A DNA stretch of 64,000 nucleotides, from positions 3,763-67,762 of the forward strand of contig JBFMBU010000313.1 of NCBI GenBank assembly GCA_040755035.1, written 5' to 3'. The DNA comes from Thermodesulfobacteriota bacterium (lineage in GTDB: Bacteria > Desulfobacterota > RBG-13-43-22). The notes below the pieces were generated by a model. That model was given only the letters and a program-made list of their open reading frames with translations, was not told the DNA's origin and ran no database searches. This document shows positions 19,254 through 29,561 of this stretch, one piece after another; position 1 is the stretch's first letter, and each line of letters starts with the position of its first letter. The position numbers were made by a program, and so were the translations under genes.

Positions 19254-19432
19254 GAATTCGATAGGAACCCTTTCTATCCGGCTGGCCGGTCTGAGGTCGG
19301 GCAGCCGGAATATTTTTTAACCGCCGTTCCCTTCCCCCGGGTCCTTTGTCTCCATCCCCAACAGGTTCCTTTTAGTATCATATCCGTAAAAACCCTTGCC
19401 AAAATCACATTTCTTCTTTAAAATAGAAGCTT

Positions 19433-20803
19433 ATGGATTTTTCGCATAAAATTTACACCGTTAGCCGTTTGACCGAGGAGATTAAAGACCTGCTGGAGGA
19501 GTCCTTCCCCGTCGTCTGGCTGGAAGGGGAAATTTCCAATTTCAGGGTCCCACCCAGCGGGCACTACTACTTTCTTTTAAAGGACTCCGCCAGCCAGATC
19601 CGGGCGGTTTTTTTCAAGTCCGGGAGGTCGGTCCTGGCCTTCAAACCGGAGGATGGCCTTCAGGTCCTTTGCCTGGGCCGTTTGAGCGTCTATCCCGGTC
19701 GGGGGGAATACCAGATTATTTTAGAGCGGATGGAATTGAAAGGCTGGGGTGCCCTGCAGTTGGCCTTTGAACAGCTCAAGGCCAGGTTGCTTGAAGAGGG
19801 CTTGTTTGATGGGGAGCGGAAGAAATCGTTGCCTTTACTCCCTCGAAAAGTGGCCGTGGTCACCTCCCCCTCCGGGGCGGCCATACGGGACTTTTTACGG
19901 ATCCTCTACCGGCGTTTTACCAACATACAAGTCCTTGTCTTTCCCGTACTGGTGCAGGGAGAATCGGCTTCTTTTGAGATTGAAAAAGCCTTAGACCGGA
20001 TCAACCGGGACTTTCAGGAGATAGAGGTTATTGTTCTGACCAGAGGAGGGGGTTCGGTTGAGGACCTTTGGCCTTTTAATGAAGAACGGGTAGCCAGGGC
20101 TATTGCTGTTTCCCGAATACCTGTTATTTCCGCTGTGGGACATGAAGTGGATTTTACCATTTCCGATTTTGTAGCGGATTTAAGGGCCTCCACCCCGTCG
20201 GCCGCCGCCGAACTGTTGATCCAACCCCAAAGGGAATGGGAGGCGAAGATTGAGGATTACCAGAACCGCTTGTTTAATCAAATTCAGGTCAGGATCGATC
20301 GTTATAAAGAAAAGGTCTTCCATTGGCAGAAGCGGTTAGGGGACCCTCGGCGGCGTTGGGTGGATATGGCCCTGCGTCTGGATGATTTCGGGGTCCGCCT
20401 TCGTCTGGCTTTGCAATCGGCGGCCAGGAAAGAGGAGGAACGCCTGCGCTGGATGCGGGAAAGAATTATATCGTATAATCCCCAAGGAAGGATGGAGAGC
20501 AGCCGCCTTCGACTGGAAGGAGCGGAATCGAATTTAAAAGCCCTGATGGCCAAAATAATGGTCCATTGGGAGATGCATCTTAAGACCCAGCATAAAACCC
20601 TCCAGGCTTTGAGTCCTTGGGGGGTGTTGGATAGGGGATATGCCCTGGTTCGAACGCTTCCCGACTTGAAATGGATTAAAACGGTGGAAGATGCCCCGCA
20701 AGGGAAGAACATTCATATAGACATGGCCCGGGCCGAATGGGATTGCCGGGTGGAAGAAGCACGGGAAAAGGAGGAACGGTTCCTTGTCCAAAGAACGATT
20801 TGA
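19433..20803 (+). CDS. xseA: Exodeoxyribonuclease VII large subunit
   Basis: OB-fold N-terminus (YTVSRLTEEIKDLLEESFPVVWLEGEISNF), a catalytic core and a long coiled-coil C-terminus, ~456 aa. Confidence 0.9.
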   Translation: MDFSHKIYTVSRLTEEIKDLLEESFPVVWLEGEISNFRVPPSGHYYFLLKDSASQIRAVFFKSGRSVLAFKPEDGLQVLCLGRLSVYPGRGEYQIILERMELKGWGALQLAFEQLKARLLEEGLFDGERKKSLPLLPRKVAVVTSPSGAAIRDFLRILYRRFTNIQVLVFPVLVQGESASFEIEKALDRINRDFQEIEVIVLTRGGGSVEDLWPFNEERVARAIAVSRIPVISAVGHEVDFTISDFVADLRASTPSAAAELLIQPQREWEAKIEDYQNRLFNQIQVRIDRYKEKVFHWQKRLGDPRRRWVDMALRLDDFGVRLRLALQSAARKEEERLRWMRERIISYNPQGRMESSRLRLEGAESNLKALMAKIMVHWEMHLKTQHKTLQALSPWGVLDRGYALVRTLPDLKWIKTVEDAPQGKNIHIDMARAEWDCRVEEAREKEERFLVQRTI

Positions 20804-21020
20804 AGATACCTTTAGAAAACTGGAAACCATTGTCCAGAAAATGGAGAACGGTGACCTCTCCCTGGAAGATTCCCTGAAGCTTTTTGAGGAAGGGATGCGT
20901 TTGTCCAGACTTTGTTCGGAGAAGTTGAATGAGATTCAGAAAAAGGTTGAAATATTGGTGAAAACCGAGGACGGCGGAATAACCAGCCGACCTTTTTCCC
21001 AGGAAGAGGAGCCGGCGTAG
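20784..21020 (+). CDS. xseB: Exodeoxyribonuclease VII small subunit
   Basis: FE..LE.IV..LE.GDLSLEDSL..FEEG motif. Overlaps xseA by 20 nt. Confidence 0.9.
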   Translation: MSKERFEDTFRKLETIVQKMENGDLSLEDSLKLFEEGMRLSRLCSEKLNEIQKKVEILVKTEDGGITSRPFSQEEEPA

Positions 21021-21021
21021 T

Positions 21022-21915
21022 TTGATTGATTTTAGGGCGGAACTGAAAACCTATCAAGACCGTATTGACGGAGCGCTGCGGGCTTATTTCCCCACGGCCG
21101 CCTACCTTACCCCCCGGGTACGGAAAGCCATGGCCTACAGCCTCTTTGCCGGTGGAAAACGGATCAGGCCTATCCTCTGTCTGATGGGCTGCCGGGTTGT
21201 GGGCGGGCGTATCGCATCGGCCCTTCCGGCGGCCTGCGCCCTTGAATATATCCATACCTATTCCTTGATCCATGACGATCTCCCGGCCCTTGATAACGAT
21301 GATTTTCGAAGGGGTCGGCTGACCTGTCATAAAAAATTCGGGGAAGCGACGGCGATCCTGGCCGGTGACGCCTTGCTGACCGAAGCCTTTGTTTTGCTTT
21401 CCCGGAGGGAGGTACTAAAATCGGTTCCGAGTGCGGCACGACTGCAAGTGATCCATATTGTAGCCGAGGCCGCCGGTCTTCGAGGGATGATCGGTGGACA
21501 GGAGGCCGATTTAGAGGCTGAAAAGAAAAAGGTGACCAAGACTTTTATAAATTTCATTCACCAGCGCAAAACCGGGGCCATGATCAAGGCCTCTCTGCTG
21601 TGCGGAGGAGTGATCGGAGGGGGGAGCAAGGCCCAGCTTAGAGCACTGGCCGCCTTTGGAGAAAAGATAGGCTTGGCTTTCCAGATCAGGGATGATTTGT
21701 TGAATGTGGAAGGTCAGCCCCGGCTCATGGGAAAACGAACCGGGACGGATGAAAAAAAGGCCAAAGCCACCTATCCCCTCTTGGTGGGCCTGGAAACTTC
21801 CCGGGCGGTTGGCAGGGAGCTGGTCAATCAGGGCGCTGCGGCCCTTGGGATTTTTGGGAATAGGGCGCAACCCCTGATCCGGCTGGGGACGTATGTCCTT
21901 TCCAGGGACCGTTAG
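21022..21915 (+). CDS. ispA: Polyprenyl diphosphate synthase (farnesyl diphosphate synthase / geranyltranstransferase)
   Basis: First Asp-rich motif [17 protein letters not shown] and second Asp-rich region [12 protein letters not shown] start. Confidence 0.85.
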   Translation: MIDFRAELKTYQDRIDGALRAYFPTAAYLTPRVRKAMAYSLFAGGKRIRPILCLMGCRVVGGRIASALPAACALEYIHTYSLIHDDLPALDNDDFRRGRLTCHKKFGEATAILAGDALLTEAFVLLSRREVLKSVPSAARLQVIHIVAEAAGLRGMIGGQEADLEAEKKKVTKTFINFIHQRKTGAMIKASLLCGGVIGGGSKAQLRALAAFGEKIGLAFQIRDDLLNVEGQPRLMGKRTGTDEKKAKATYPLLVGLETSRAVGRELVNQGAAALGIFGNRAQPLIRLGTYVLSRDR

Positions 21916-21970
21916 GGAAAGGAAGTATCCAAGGGCAATTCCAAATGGAAAGCAACAAGTTGAAGAAACC

Positions 21971-23893
21971 ATGAATCAAAAAATTAGAATTCCGGTAGAG
22001 GATGAACCCTCCTCCCTGTTAAGCACTATTTCCGGTCCCCAGGACCTGAAATCCCTATCCCTGCCCAGATTAAAGCAGGTGGCGGAGGAAGTACGAAAAC
22101 TGATCATTGAGACGGTCAGCCGGAACGGCGGGCATTTGGCTCCCAATTTGGGTGTGGTAGAATTGACCATTGCCCTTCATTATGTGTTTAACAGTCCTGT
22201 GGACAAGATCATTTGGGATGTGGGACACCAGTCGTATACCCATAAAATTTTATCCGGTCGGAGGGAGCTGTTCCCCAGCCTAAGGACTTTCGGTGGGATC
22301 AGCGGATTTCCAAAGAGACAGGAAAGTCCTCATGATGTCTTCGATACCGGTCACAGCGGCAATTCCATTTCGGTGGGATTGGGGATCACAGCGGCCAGGG
22401 ACCTGAAAAGGGAGCCGTTCAAGGTCATCGCCGTTATTGGAGACGGTTCGATGACCTCCGGAGAAGCCTTTGAAGGGCTGAACCAGGCCGGACATCTGAA
22501 CAAAGATCTGATCGTGATCTTAAACGACAACGAGATGTCCATTTCTCAGAATGTGGGAGCCCTTTCCTCCTTTTTAAGCAAACGGCTGACCGGAAAGGGT
22601 TTCGTTCATTTCAAGAGAGACGTGGAATCTTTTTTCAAATCCATTCCCGGGATCGGGGAGAACCTGATTCAGTTCGTAAAAAAAGGGGAGGATTCTTTTA
22701 CCGGGTTTTTCACCCCGGGCATGCTTTTCGCCGCTTTGCATTTTGACTATGTGGGGCCGGTCAAGGGCCACCAATTGGAGGACCTGATCACCACCTTTGA
22801 AAATATCCGTCATCTCCAGGCCCCGGTACTGGTCCATGTCCTGACCACCAAGGGCAAGGGGTATCCGCCGGCGGAAAAAAATCCCAGCTATTTTCACGGG
22901 GTAGGGCCTTTCGATCTTGAAGCAGAGGATCCGAGTCTGAAAAAACCTGGAGCCGTTCCAACCTACACCGAGGTCTTCGGATCGACCCTCATCGAATTAG
23001 GGGAGAGGGATCTTCGTCTGGTGGCCATCACCGCTGCCATGCCCGAGGGGACCGGTTTGCATGGATTTGCCCAAAGATTCCCCCAGCGTTTCTTTGATGT
23101 GGGGATCGCCGAACAACATGCCGTCACCTTCGCCGCCGGATTGGCCTTGGAGGGTTTGAGGCCCATAGTCGCTTTGTATTCCACTTTCATCCAGCGGGCT
23201 TATGACCAGGTATTGGAAGATGTCTGTCTCCAGAACCTGCCGGTCATTTTCGCCCTGGATCGGGCCGGAATCGTAGGGGAAGACGGACCGACCCATCAGG
23301 GGCTTTTTGATCTATCCTTCCTGCGCATCCTCCCCAATCTGATGATCCTGGTCCCAAAGGACGAGAAAGAGCTAAGAGATATGCTTTATTCAGCCCTTAC
23401 TTATGCCGGACCGGTGGCCATACGCTATCCCCGTGGAGCCGGAGTGGGCGTATCGTTGACCGTTCCTCCGCAAACCTTGAATCCAGGACAATGGGAGGTC
23501 CTCCAGGAGGGGGATGCTTTGGCCCTGCTGGCCATAGGGAATACGGTCTATCCGGCCCTGGAAGCGGCAAAACTTTTATTAAGACAGGGGAGAAAGGCCC
23601 AAGTGGTCAATGCCCGTTTTCTTAAACCTCTGGACGAAGGACTTCTGCTGGCCTTAGGAAGGAAATTTAAAACGATTATTACTGTGGAAGAGAACCTCTT
23701 GGCCGGCGGTTTCGGGAGCGCTGTTATGGAAAAGCTGCAACAGTTGTCATGCCCGGGGGTGCGGGTCAGGTCCTTAGGGATTCCCGATTGTTTTGTCGAA
23801 CAAGGGGCCCCGCAAAAACTAAGAAGCCTTTATGGTCTGGACGCCGAGGGGATTTTCCGGGTCTTAGCCGAGGAACTCAGCCTGTCCCAATAA
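21971..23893 (+). CDS. dxs: 1-deoxy-D-xylulose-5-phosphate synthase
   Basis: TPP-binding GDG(x)n N motif ([15 protein letters not shown]), GHQSY, and transketolase-like C-terminal domains. The ORF-track start at 21893 is possible, but MNQKIR fits Dxs N-termini better. Confidence 0.85.
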   Translation: MNQKIRIPVEDEPSSLLSTISGPQDLKSLSLPRLKQVAEEVRKLIIETVSRNGGHLAPNLGVVELTIALHYVFNSPVDKIIWDVGHQSYTHKILSGRRELFPSLRTFGGISGFPKRQESPHDVFDTGHSGNSISVGLGITAARDLKREPFKVIAVIGDGSMTSGEAFEGLNQAGHLNKDLIVILNDNEMSISQNVGALSSFLSKRLTGKGFVHFKRDVESFFKSIPGIGENLIQFVKKGEDSFTGFFTPGMLFAALHFDYVGPVKGHQLEDLITTFENIRHLQAPVLVHVLTTKGKGYPPAEKNPSYFHGVGPFDLEAEDPSLKKPGAVPTYTEVFGSTLIELGERDLRLVAITAAMPEGTGLHGFAQRFPQRFFDVGIAEQHAVTFAAGLALEGLRPIVALYSTFIQRAYDQVLEDVCLQNLPVIFALDRAGIVGEDGPTHQGLFDLSFLRILPNLMILVPKDEKELRDMLYSALTYAGPVAIRYPRGAGVGVSLTVPPQTLNPGQWEVLQEGDALALLAIGNTVYPALEAAKLLLRQGRKAQVVNARFLKPLDEGLLLALGRKFKTIITVEENLLAGGFGSAVMEKLQQLSCPGVRVRSLGIPDCFVEQGAPQKLRSLYGLDAEGIFRVLAEELSLSQ

Positions 23894-23981
23894 AAGAAAC
23901 CGGGGACGATAAAAGGATTTGACCAGTGACCGCCAAGGGGGTTATCTTCTCCCTGAGCGGGGCCTTAGGGCCTTAAGGTTT

Positions 23982-24090
23982 GAATTCTACGCAAATTAAG
24001 TGAAATTAATACAAAAAAGGGAATTTCCCCGGACCGAACGGAACATTTTCGGAATTCCGAATTTGGTCCCGGCGGGTCAGGGCTGGAATC
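23982..24090. repeat. Dispersed intergenic repeat family A, copy 2
   Basis: gaattctacgcaaatt...ccccggaccgaacgg...ttttcggaattccgaatttggtcccggcgggtcagggctgg. Aligns with copies at 2482, 48917 and 59786. Confidence 0.75.
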
Positions 24091-24127
24091 GATATGGGGT
24101 TGGAAGGTTCCCCCCCCTACTTGGGAG

Positions 24128-24871
24128 ATGAGGATGCGAAAAATCCGGGTGGACCGTCTGCTGGTCGAAAAAGGGCTGGCCCCTTCGCATGAAAAGGCCC
24201 GGGCATTGGTCTATGCCGGGGTAGTCCGAGCGGGGAAGATAGTGGTTGAAAAACCCGGGAAAGCCGTGGACCCGGGGTTGTCTTTGGAGGTAGATACCGC
24301 TCCCCACCCTTTTGTCAGCAGGGGGGGGGTAAAATTAGAGAAGGCCCTGGCCGAGTTTGAGGTTGAGGTCCTGGGCCGGGTGGCCCTGGATATTGGGGCT
24401 TCCAGCGGAGGATTTACCCATTGCCTTTTGTTGAGAGGAATTAAGCGGGTTTATGCCGTCGATGTCGGTTATGGTCAATTGGCCTGGGAGATCCGTCAGG
24501 ATCCCCGGGTCAAGGTCATGGAACGGGTTAATGCCAGGTATCTTACCCCCGGGGATATCGGCGAAACGGTGGATATTTTGGTTGTAGACGCTTCTTTTAT
24601 TTCCTTGAAATTAATTATCCCCCCCTTACTGCCCTTAGTCAAAGGGGAGGGAGAAATCATCGCCCTGATCAAACCCCAATTTGAAGTCGGAAAAGGGAAG
24701 GTGGGGAAAGGAGGAGTGGTTAGAAGTGAGGAGGATCACTTAAAAGTCATTGAGGACCTTTCCCTTTTTTTTAAAGAGAGGGGCCTGAAGGTTATGGGAA
24801 TCACGGAATCTCCTATTCAAGGGGCCAAGGGGAATCGGGAATTTTTTATTTATTTGATAAATAAGGCCTAA
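24128..24871 (+). CDS. tlyA: TlyA-family rRNA (cytidine-2'-O)-methyltransferase (hemolysin A-like)
   Basis: S4-like N-terminus (RVDRLLVEKGLAPSHEKARALV) and FtsJ-like MTase core (VALDIGASSGGFT). Confidence 0.85.
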   Translation: MRMRKIRVDRLLVEKGLAPSHEKARALVYAGVVRAGKIVVEKPGKAVDPGLSLEVDTAPHPFVSRGGVKLEKALAEFEVEVLGRVALDIGASSGGFTHCLLLRGIKRVYAVDVGYGQLAWEIRQDPRVKVMERVNARYLTPGDIGETVDILVVDASFISLKLIIPPLLPLVKGEGEIIALIKPQFEVGKGKVGKGGVVRSEEDHLKVIEDLSLFFKERGLKVMGITESPIQGAKGNREFFIYLINKA

Positions 24872-24951
24872 GGGGGTCCGGAACCAAAAGTGGTTATCCG
24901 AGTTTTAAGGTACTAAAGGTCTATCAAAATAGCAAAAGGAGACGGTGAAAG

Positions 24952-26145
24952 ATGAAGTTGGCAGAACGTGTGGGACAAATCAAACCATCCCTGACCTTGG
25001 CCGTGGATGCCAAGGCCAAGGCTATGGTAAAATCCGGACTGGATATTATCAGTTTCGGTGTCGGAGAACCGGATTTTGATACGCCGGAACACATCAAAGA
25101 GGCCGCCGTGCAGGCGCTCAAAGAAGGTTTTACCAAATATACCCCGGTAAGCGGGATTGAAGAATTGAAAGAGGCGGTCGCCTTTCGGTTTAAAGAAGAT
25201 TTAGGTTTGGAGTATAAGGCGCAGGAAGTGGTTGTCAGCTGCGGGGGAAAACATGCCTTGTATAATATCGCTCAGGCCCTTTGGGGACCCGGGGACGAGG
25301 TGATCATCCCGGCCCCCTACTGGGTCTCCTATCCGCCCATGGTGCAATTGGCCGGCGCTGAACCGGTTATTATTCCCACCAGCGCGTCCAGAGGATTCAA
25401 GCTTTCCGCGGAAGAATTAGAAGCGGCGGTCACCCCTCGAACCAGGGCCATCATCCTCAACAGCCCCTCCAATCCCACCGGTTCTGTGTATTCAAGAGAA
25501 GAACTGCAAGCCTTGGGCAGGGTGATCCTGGAAAAAGACCTGATGGTGATCAGTGATGATATCTACGACAAGATCCTCTTTGACCAACCGTCTTTTTTCA
25601 ACCTGGCCATGATCGATCCCCGTTTCAAGGAAAGGACCCTGGTCGTCAATGGGGCTTCCAAAACCTATGCCATGACCGGCTGGCGGATCGGCTATCTGGC
25701 CGGTCCAGGCGCGGTGATCAAGGCCATTGATACCATTCAAAGCCATAGTACCTCGAATCCGACCTCCATCGCCCAGAAGGCCGCCGTGGCCGCCTTGAGA
25801 GGCCCCCAGGATTTTGTAAAGACTATGGTTGCCGAATTCGATCGCCGGCGAAGGTATATTGCCGACCGGTTGCAAGCCCTTTCGGCGGTAAAAACCACAC
25901 TGCCCCAGGGGGCCTTTTATATTTTTCCTGTTTTTTCCTCCTACTATGGGCGAAAGAATGGAAACCAGGAGTTAAAGAATTCTCTGGATTTCGCCGATTA
26001 TCTATTAGAGAAGGCCAGGATCGCCGTAGTGCCCGGTGCGGCCTTTGGAGAAGACGCCTGTCTCCGGTTTTCCTATGCGACTTCATTGGAAAAAATTGAA
26101 AAGGGAATGGATCGGTTGGAAAAGGCCTTGAAGGAACTTGGATAA
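24952..26145 (+). CDS. Pyridoxal-phosphate-dependent aminotransferase class I (aspartate aminotransferase-like)
   Basis: SPSNPTG, the PLP-lysine region NGASKTYAMTGWRIGY, and ~397 aa. Confidence 0.85.
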   Translation: MKLAERVGQIKPSLTLAVDAKAKAMVKSGLDIISFGVGEPDFDTPEHIKEAAVQALKEGFTKYTPVSGIEELKEAVAFRFKEDLGLEYKAQEVVVSCGGKHALYNIAQALWGPGDEVIIPAPYWVSYPPMVQLAGAEPVIIPTSASRGFKLSAEELEAAVTPRTRAIILNSPSNPTGSVYSREELQALGRVILEKDLMVISDDIYDKILFDQPSFFNLAMIDPRFKERTLVVNGASKTYAMTGWRIGYLAGPGAVIKAIDTIQSHSTSNPTSIAQKAAVAALRGPQDFVKTMVAEFDRRRRYIADRLQALSAVKTTLPQGAFYIFPVFSSYYGRKNGNQELKNSLDFADYLLEKARIAVVPGAAFGEDACLRFSYATSLEKIEKGMDRLEKALKELG

Positions 26146-26229
26146 AAGCCATTCCGGGAGGGATCAGAAACTAAGAGGTCCGGGCTGTAAGCTCCCTATC
26201 GTTTTCCATAGGGCGGAATTTCCCTTGCG

Positions 26230-26267
26230 GTGTGAGCCTTCCAGGGCAAACAGGAAGGCTCAGACAC
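26230..26267. other. Strong intergenic stem-loop (13-bp stem GTGTGAGCCTTCC / GGAAGGCTCAGACAC, 10-nt loop)
   Basis: Direct inverted repeat. No U-tract follows on either strand, so it is not a canonical terminator. Confidence 0.5.
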
Positions 26268-26297
26268 CAAAAGGGCGGTTCATTTACTAAGGAAACC

Positions 26298-26585
26298 TTA
26301 GCGGGCACTCCGTTTGGATGCCTTCAACGGATTGATTTTGGCGGCGGCTGGGGCCGGGGATTTCTTGATATGGGTGGCGAGATTGCAATTCCCCAATTTC
26401 CATTTTTGCGATGGATTCGGAGTGGAAAGGCAAAAGTTCCCGCTTTCAAAGGCTTTGACCCGATCACAACCGTCACATTGTTCGATTATCGGATAACAGG
26501 CCCCGCTGTTAAATGAACAGCCCTTAGGGCTCATGAAGGTGCAGGGAACGCCGGGTTTTAACGTGGAACAATTCATGGGTATCAC
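26298..26585 (-). CDS. Small Cys-rich protein (8 Cys in 95 aa) of unknown function, divergent from pilB
   Basis: An ORF with regularly spaced Cys (C6, C15, C23, C30, C37, C40, C52, C67). Nothing else is recognizable. Confidence 0.3.
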   Translation of the reverse strand: MIPMNCSTLKPGVPCTFMSPKGCSFNSGACYPIIEQCDGCDRVKAFESGNFCLSTPNPSQKWKLGNCNLATHIKKSPAPAAAKINPLKASKRSAR

Positions 26586-26648
26586 CCCCTTTCATTAAAC
26601 TTTATAATATAAATTTAATTACAAACAAAGTCAATACTTTTTTGAAAA

Positions 26649-28346
26649 ATGTTTAAAAGTAATCGCATCGGCGAATTGCTCCTGCGGGAGAAGAAGATAA
26701 CCACCCAGCAGCTGGATGATGTTCTGGCGGAACTAAAACGACTGGGCGGCCAGTCCAAAATCGGGACCCTGTTGATTCAAAAGGGTTTTATGGACGAAAC
26801 CACCCTGCTTCGTTTTTTGGCCAAACAGTTCGGGCTGCCGATTATCGATCTGACCCGAATCGAGTTTGATCCGGCCTTGGCTGATCTCATCCCCGACAAC
26901 ATTGCCCGCAAATACGAGATCCTTCCTATCAGCAAAGAAGGGACCACGCTGAAACTGGCCATCTCGGATCCGTCGAATATTTTCGCCCTGGATGACCTGA
27001 AATTCCTGACCGGCAGTAATATTCAGTTATTCCTGTCCTCGGAAAGACAACTGAAAGAGGCCCTGGATAAACACTACAGCCTGACTTCCTCCCTGACCCA
27101 GGCCCTGGAGGATCTGAAGGGCATGGAAATTGATTTCGTCAGTCAGGAAGAGGACCTGGACGATACCAACCTGGAAATCGCCGCCAAAGAAGCCCCGGTC
27201 GTTAAACTGGCCAACCTTTTGCTGATTGACGCCATAAAACGAGGGGCCAGCGATATTCATTTTGAAGCCTATGAACGGGCTTTCCGGGTCCGTTACCGTA
27301 TTGACGGGGTGCTATATGAAATCATGAATCCCCCGATGAAATTGAAAAATGCCCTGATTTCCCGTTTAAAAATCATGTCCAACCTTAATATTGCCGAACG
27401 AAGGCTTCCCCAGGACGGGCGGTTGAAGCTGCGTTTCGGGGAAAACAGGGATATGGATTTCCGGGTATCGGTCCTGCCCACCCTTTACGGGGAAAAGGTG
27501 GTCCTTCGTCTCTTAGATAAGACCAATCTACAGGTGGACCTGGAACGGCTCGGCTTTGAGCCGGATGCCCTGACAAAATTCTATCAGGCGGTCCATAAAC
27601 CCTATGGCATGATCCTGGTCACCGGGCCTACCGGCAGCGGGAAAACCACCACCCTTTACTCCACCCTGGGCGAATTAAATAAAACCACCTACAATATTTC
27701 CACGGCCGAAGATCCGGTGGAACTCAATATTTTCGGTATCAATCAGGTCCATGTCCATGAAGAAATTGGACTGACTTTTTCCAATGTCCTTCGGTCTTTC
27801 CTTAGACAAGATCCTGATATCATTATGGTTGGTGAAATTCGCGATAAGGAGACGGCTGAAATTTCCATAAAAGCGGCCCTAACCGGCCATCTGGTTTTAA
27901 GTACGCTCCATACCAATGACGCGGCTAACACGGTCACCAGGCTTCTGGATATGGGGATTGAACCCTTTTTGGTGTCCTCCTCACTTAATCTGGTCCTGGC
28001 CCAGAGGCTGGTGAGAAAATTATGTCCCAGCTGTAAAAAAAAGGTTGAAAAATCTACGGATTTATTGAAAGAATTTAATCTGGATCCAAGGATCCAGGCC
28101 TTGTGGGAACCGGTGGGATGTCCGTCCTGCAATTTCTCGGGTTACAAAGGACGAATCGCCATTTATGAGGTATTACCTTTGTTTGAACGGCTAAAAGATT
28201 TAATCTTTGAAAGGGCCTCGGCCGCCGAAATAAAACGGGTCGCCCGGGGCGAGGGGATGAAGACCCTTAGAGAAGGCGGGGTCACTAAGGTATTAGAGGG
28301 GTTAACCACCTTGGAGGAAGTCATTCGAGTGACGGATAAGGATTAA
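26649..28346 (+). CDS. pilB: Type IV pilus assembly ATPase PilB (GspE/PilB family, with N-terminal GSPII_E_N domain)
   Basis: Walker A GPTGSGKTTT, Asp box, His box, the tetracysteine CPSC...CPSC motif, and 565 aa. Confidence 0.85.
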   Translation: MFKSNRIGELLLREKKITTQQLDDVLAELKRLGGQSKIGTLLIQKGFMDETTLLRFLAKQFGLPIIDLTRIEFDPALADLIPDNIARKYEILPISKEGTTLKLAISDPSNIFALDDLKFLTGSNIQLFLSSERQLKEALDKHYSLTSSLTQALEDLKGMEIDFVSQEEDLDDTNLEIAAKEAPVVKLANLLLIDAIKRGASDIHFEAYERAFRVRYRIDGVLYEIMNPPMKLKNALISRLKIMSNLNIAERRLPQDGRLKLRFGENRDMDFRVSVLPTLYGEKVVLRLLDKTNLQVDLERLGFEPDALTKFYQAVHKPYGMILVTGPTGSGKTTTLYSTLGELNKTTYNISTAEDPVELNIFGINQVHVHEEIGLTFSNVLRSFLRQDPDIIMVGEIRDKETAEISIKAALTGHLVLSTLHTNDAANTVTRLLDMGIEPFLVSSSLNLVLAQRLVRKLCPSCKKKVEKSTDLLKEFNLDPRIQALWEPVGCPSCNFSGYKGRIAIYEVLPLFERLKDLIFERASAAEIKRVARGEGMKTLREGGVTKVLEGLTTLEEVIRVTDKD

Positions 28347-28349
28347 TCT

Positions 28350-29558
28350 ATGCCTACTTACACCTGGCAGGGGAAGACAAAACAAGGGGAGGTAAAAAGA
28401 GGGGAACTGGTGGCCGATAACCCGGCCGTGGCCGCTTTACAGCTTCGGAAAACGGGCATCATCCCCGGTCGTATTCAACAGAAACGGGAAGAGGCGGCAA
28501 AAAAGCTGTCGGTCCGGAAGAAGATACCCAGGAAATCGGTGGTGGTTTTTACCCGTCAGTTCGCGACGATGATCAATGCCGGGTTACCCCTGGTGCAGTG
28601 CCTCAATATTCTGGCTCTGCAGCAGGAGAACCCCTCTTTTGCCAATATTATAACCAAGGTTAAAGGGGACGTCGAAAGCGGTGAGGCCTTGAATGAAGCC
28701 CTTAAAAAGCACCCTAAGGTGTTTGATGAGCTCTATACCAACCTGGTTCAAGCCGGTGAAACCGGCGGTATCCTGGATCTGATTTTAAACCGATTGGCCA
28801 GTTATATTGAAAAGAGTGAAAAATTGCGGAAAAAGGTCCGAGGGGCCATGATCTATCCGGCCGTGGTTACCTCGGTGGCCGTCATTGTTACGGCGGTGAT
28901 CCTTCTCTTTGTGATTCCGGTTTTTGAAAAGATGTTCTCCGAGGTCGGTCAATCCCTGCCCGGTCCCACCCAGTTTGTCATCAACCTCAGCCGTTTTGTA
29001 AGCCAAAATATTATTTATATGATCATCGGGCTGGCGGTTCTCATTTATATTTTTCGGCGCGTCTACCGGACGGAAAAGGGTAAATATCTCTTGGATGATC
29101 TTTTTCTAAAGCTGCCCCTTTTTGGGCTGCTGTTAAAAAAAGTGGCCGTGGCCAAGTTTACCCGGACTTTCGGGACCATGATCAGCAGCGGCGTACCGAT
29201 CCTGGAGGCCATGGATATCGTGGCCAAGTCGGCCGGCAACAAAGTAGTGGAAAAGGCCATTTATAAGGCCAGAGGAAGCATAGCCGAAGGAAGGACCATT
29301 TCCGAACCTTTGGCCGAAAGCAAGGTTTTTCCACCTATGGTAACCCAAATGATCGGTGTGGGTGAGGCTTCGGGGGAGCTGGACACCATGCTCAATAAAA
29401 TTGCCGATTTTTACGACGACGATGTTGACGCGGCCGTCAGCAACCTGACCTCCATGATGGAACCGGTCATGATGGTTGTTCTGGGAGGGGTGGTGGGAGG
29501 GCTGGTTATTTCAATGTATCTGCCGATCTTCAAGATGGGGGAAGCCATCCAGGGGTAA
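28350..29558 (+). CDS. pilC: Type IV pilus inner-membrane platform protein PilC (GspF family)
   Basis: Two T2SSF repeats, three TM segments and a MPTYTWQGKTKQGE N-terminus. Confidence 0.85.
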   Translation: MPTYTWQGKTKQGEVKRGELVADNPAVAALQLRKTGIIPGRIQQKREEAAKKLSVRKKIPRKSVVVFTRQFATMINAGLPLVQCLNILALQQENPSFANIITKVKGDVESGEALNEALKKHPKVFDELYTNLVQAGETGGILDLILNRLASYIEKSEKLRKKVRGAMIYPAVVTSVAVIVTAVILLFVIPVFEKMFSEVGQSLPGPTQFVINLSRFVSQNIIYMIIGLAVLIYIFRRVYRTEKGKYLLDDLFLKLPLFGLLLKKVAVAKFTRTFGTMISSGVPILEAMDIVAKSAGNKVVEKAIYKARGSIAEGRTISEPLAESKVFPPMVTQMIGVGEASGELDTMLNKIADFYDDDVDAAVSNLTSMMEPVMMVVLGGVVGGLVISMYLPIFKMGEAIQG

Positions 29559-29561
29559 TTC

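Noticed and set aside
20812-21972. Minus-strand ORFs of 150-170 aa antisense to xseB, ispA and dxs
   Set aside because: They are antisense to strongly supported conserved genes and have no motifs.
26229-26270. SRP (4.5S) RNA domain IV-like motif (CAGG...GGAAGG)
   Set aside because: Lacks the conserved GGUCAGGUCCGGAAGGAAGCAGCC core and the flanking helix. It is better described as a simple hairpin.
26170-26300. Possible RNase P RNA (strings GGTCCGGGCT and CCATAGGGC resemble the P4/CR-I region)
   Set aside because: The other universally conserved blocks (GGUAAGAGCGCACC-like CR-III, ACAGAAUCCGGCUUA CR-V) are absent on both strands. The available space and spacing do not fit a ~350-nt type A RNA.
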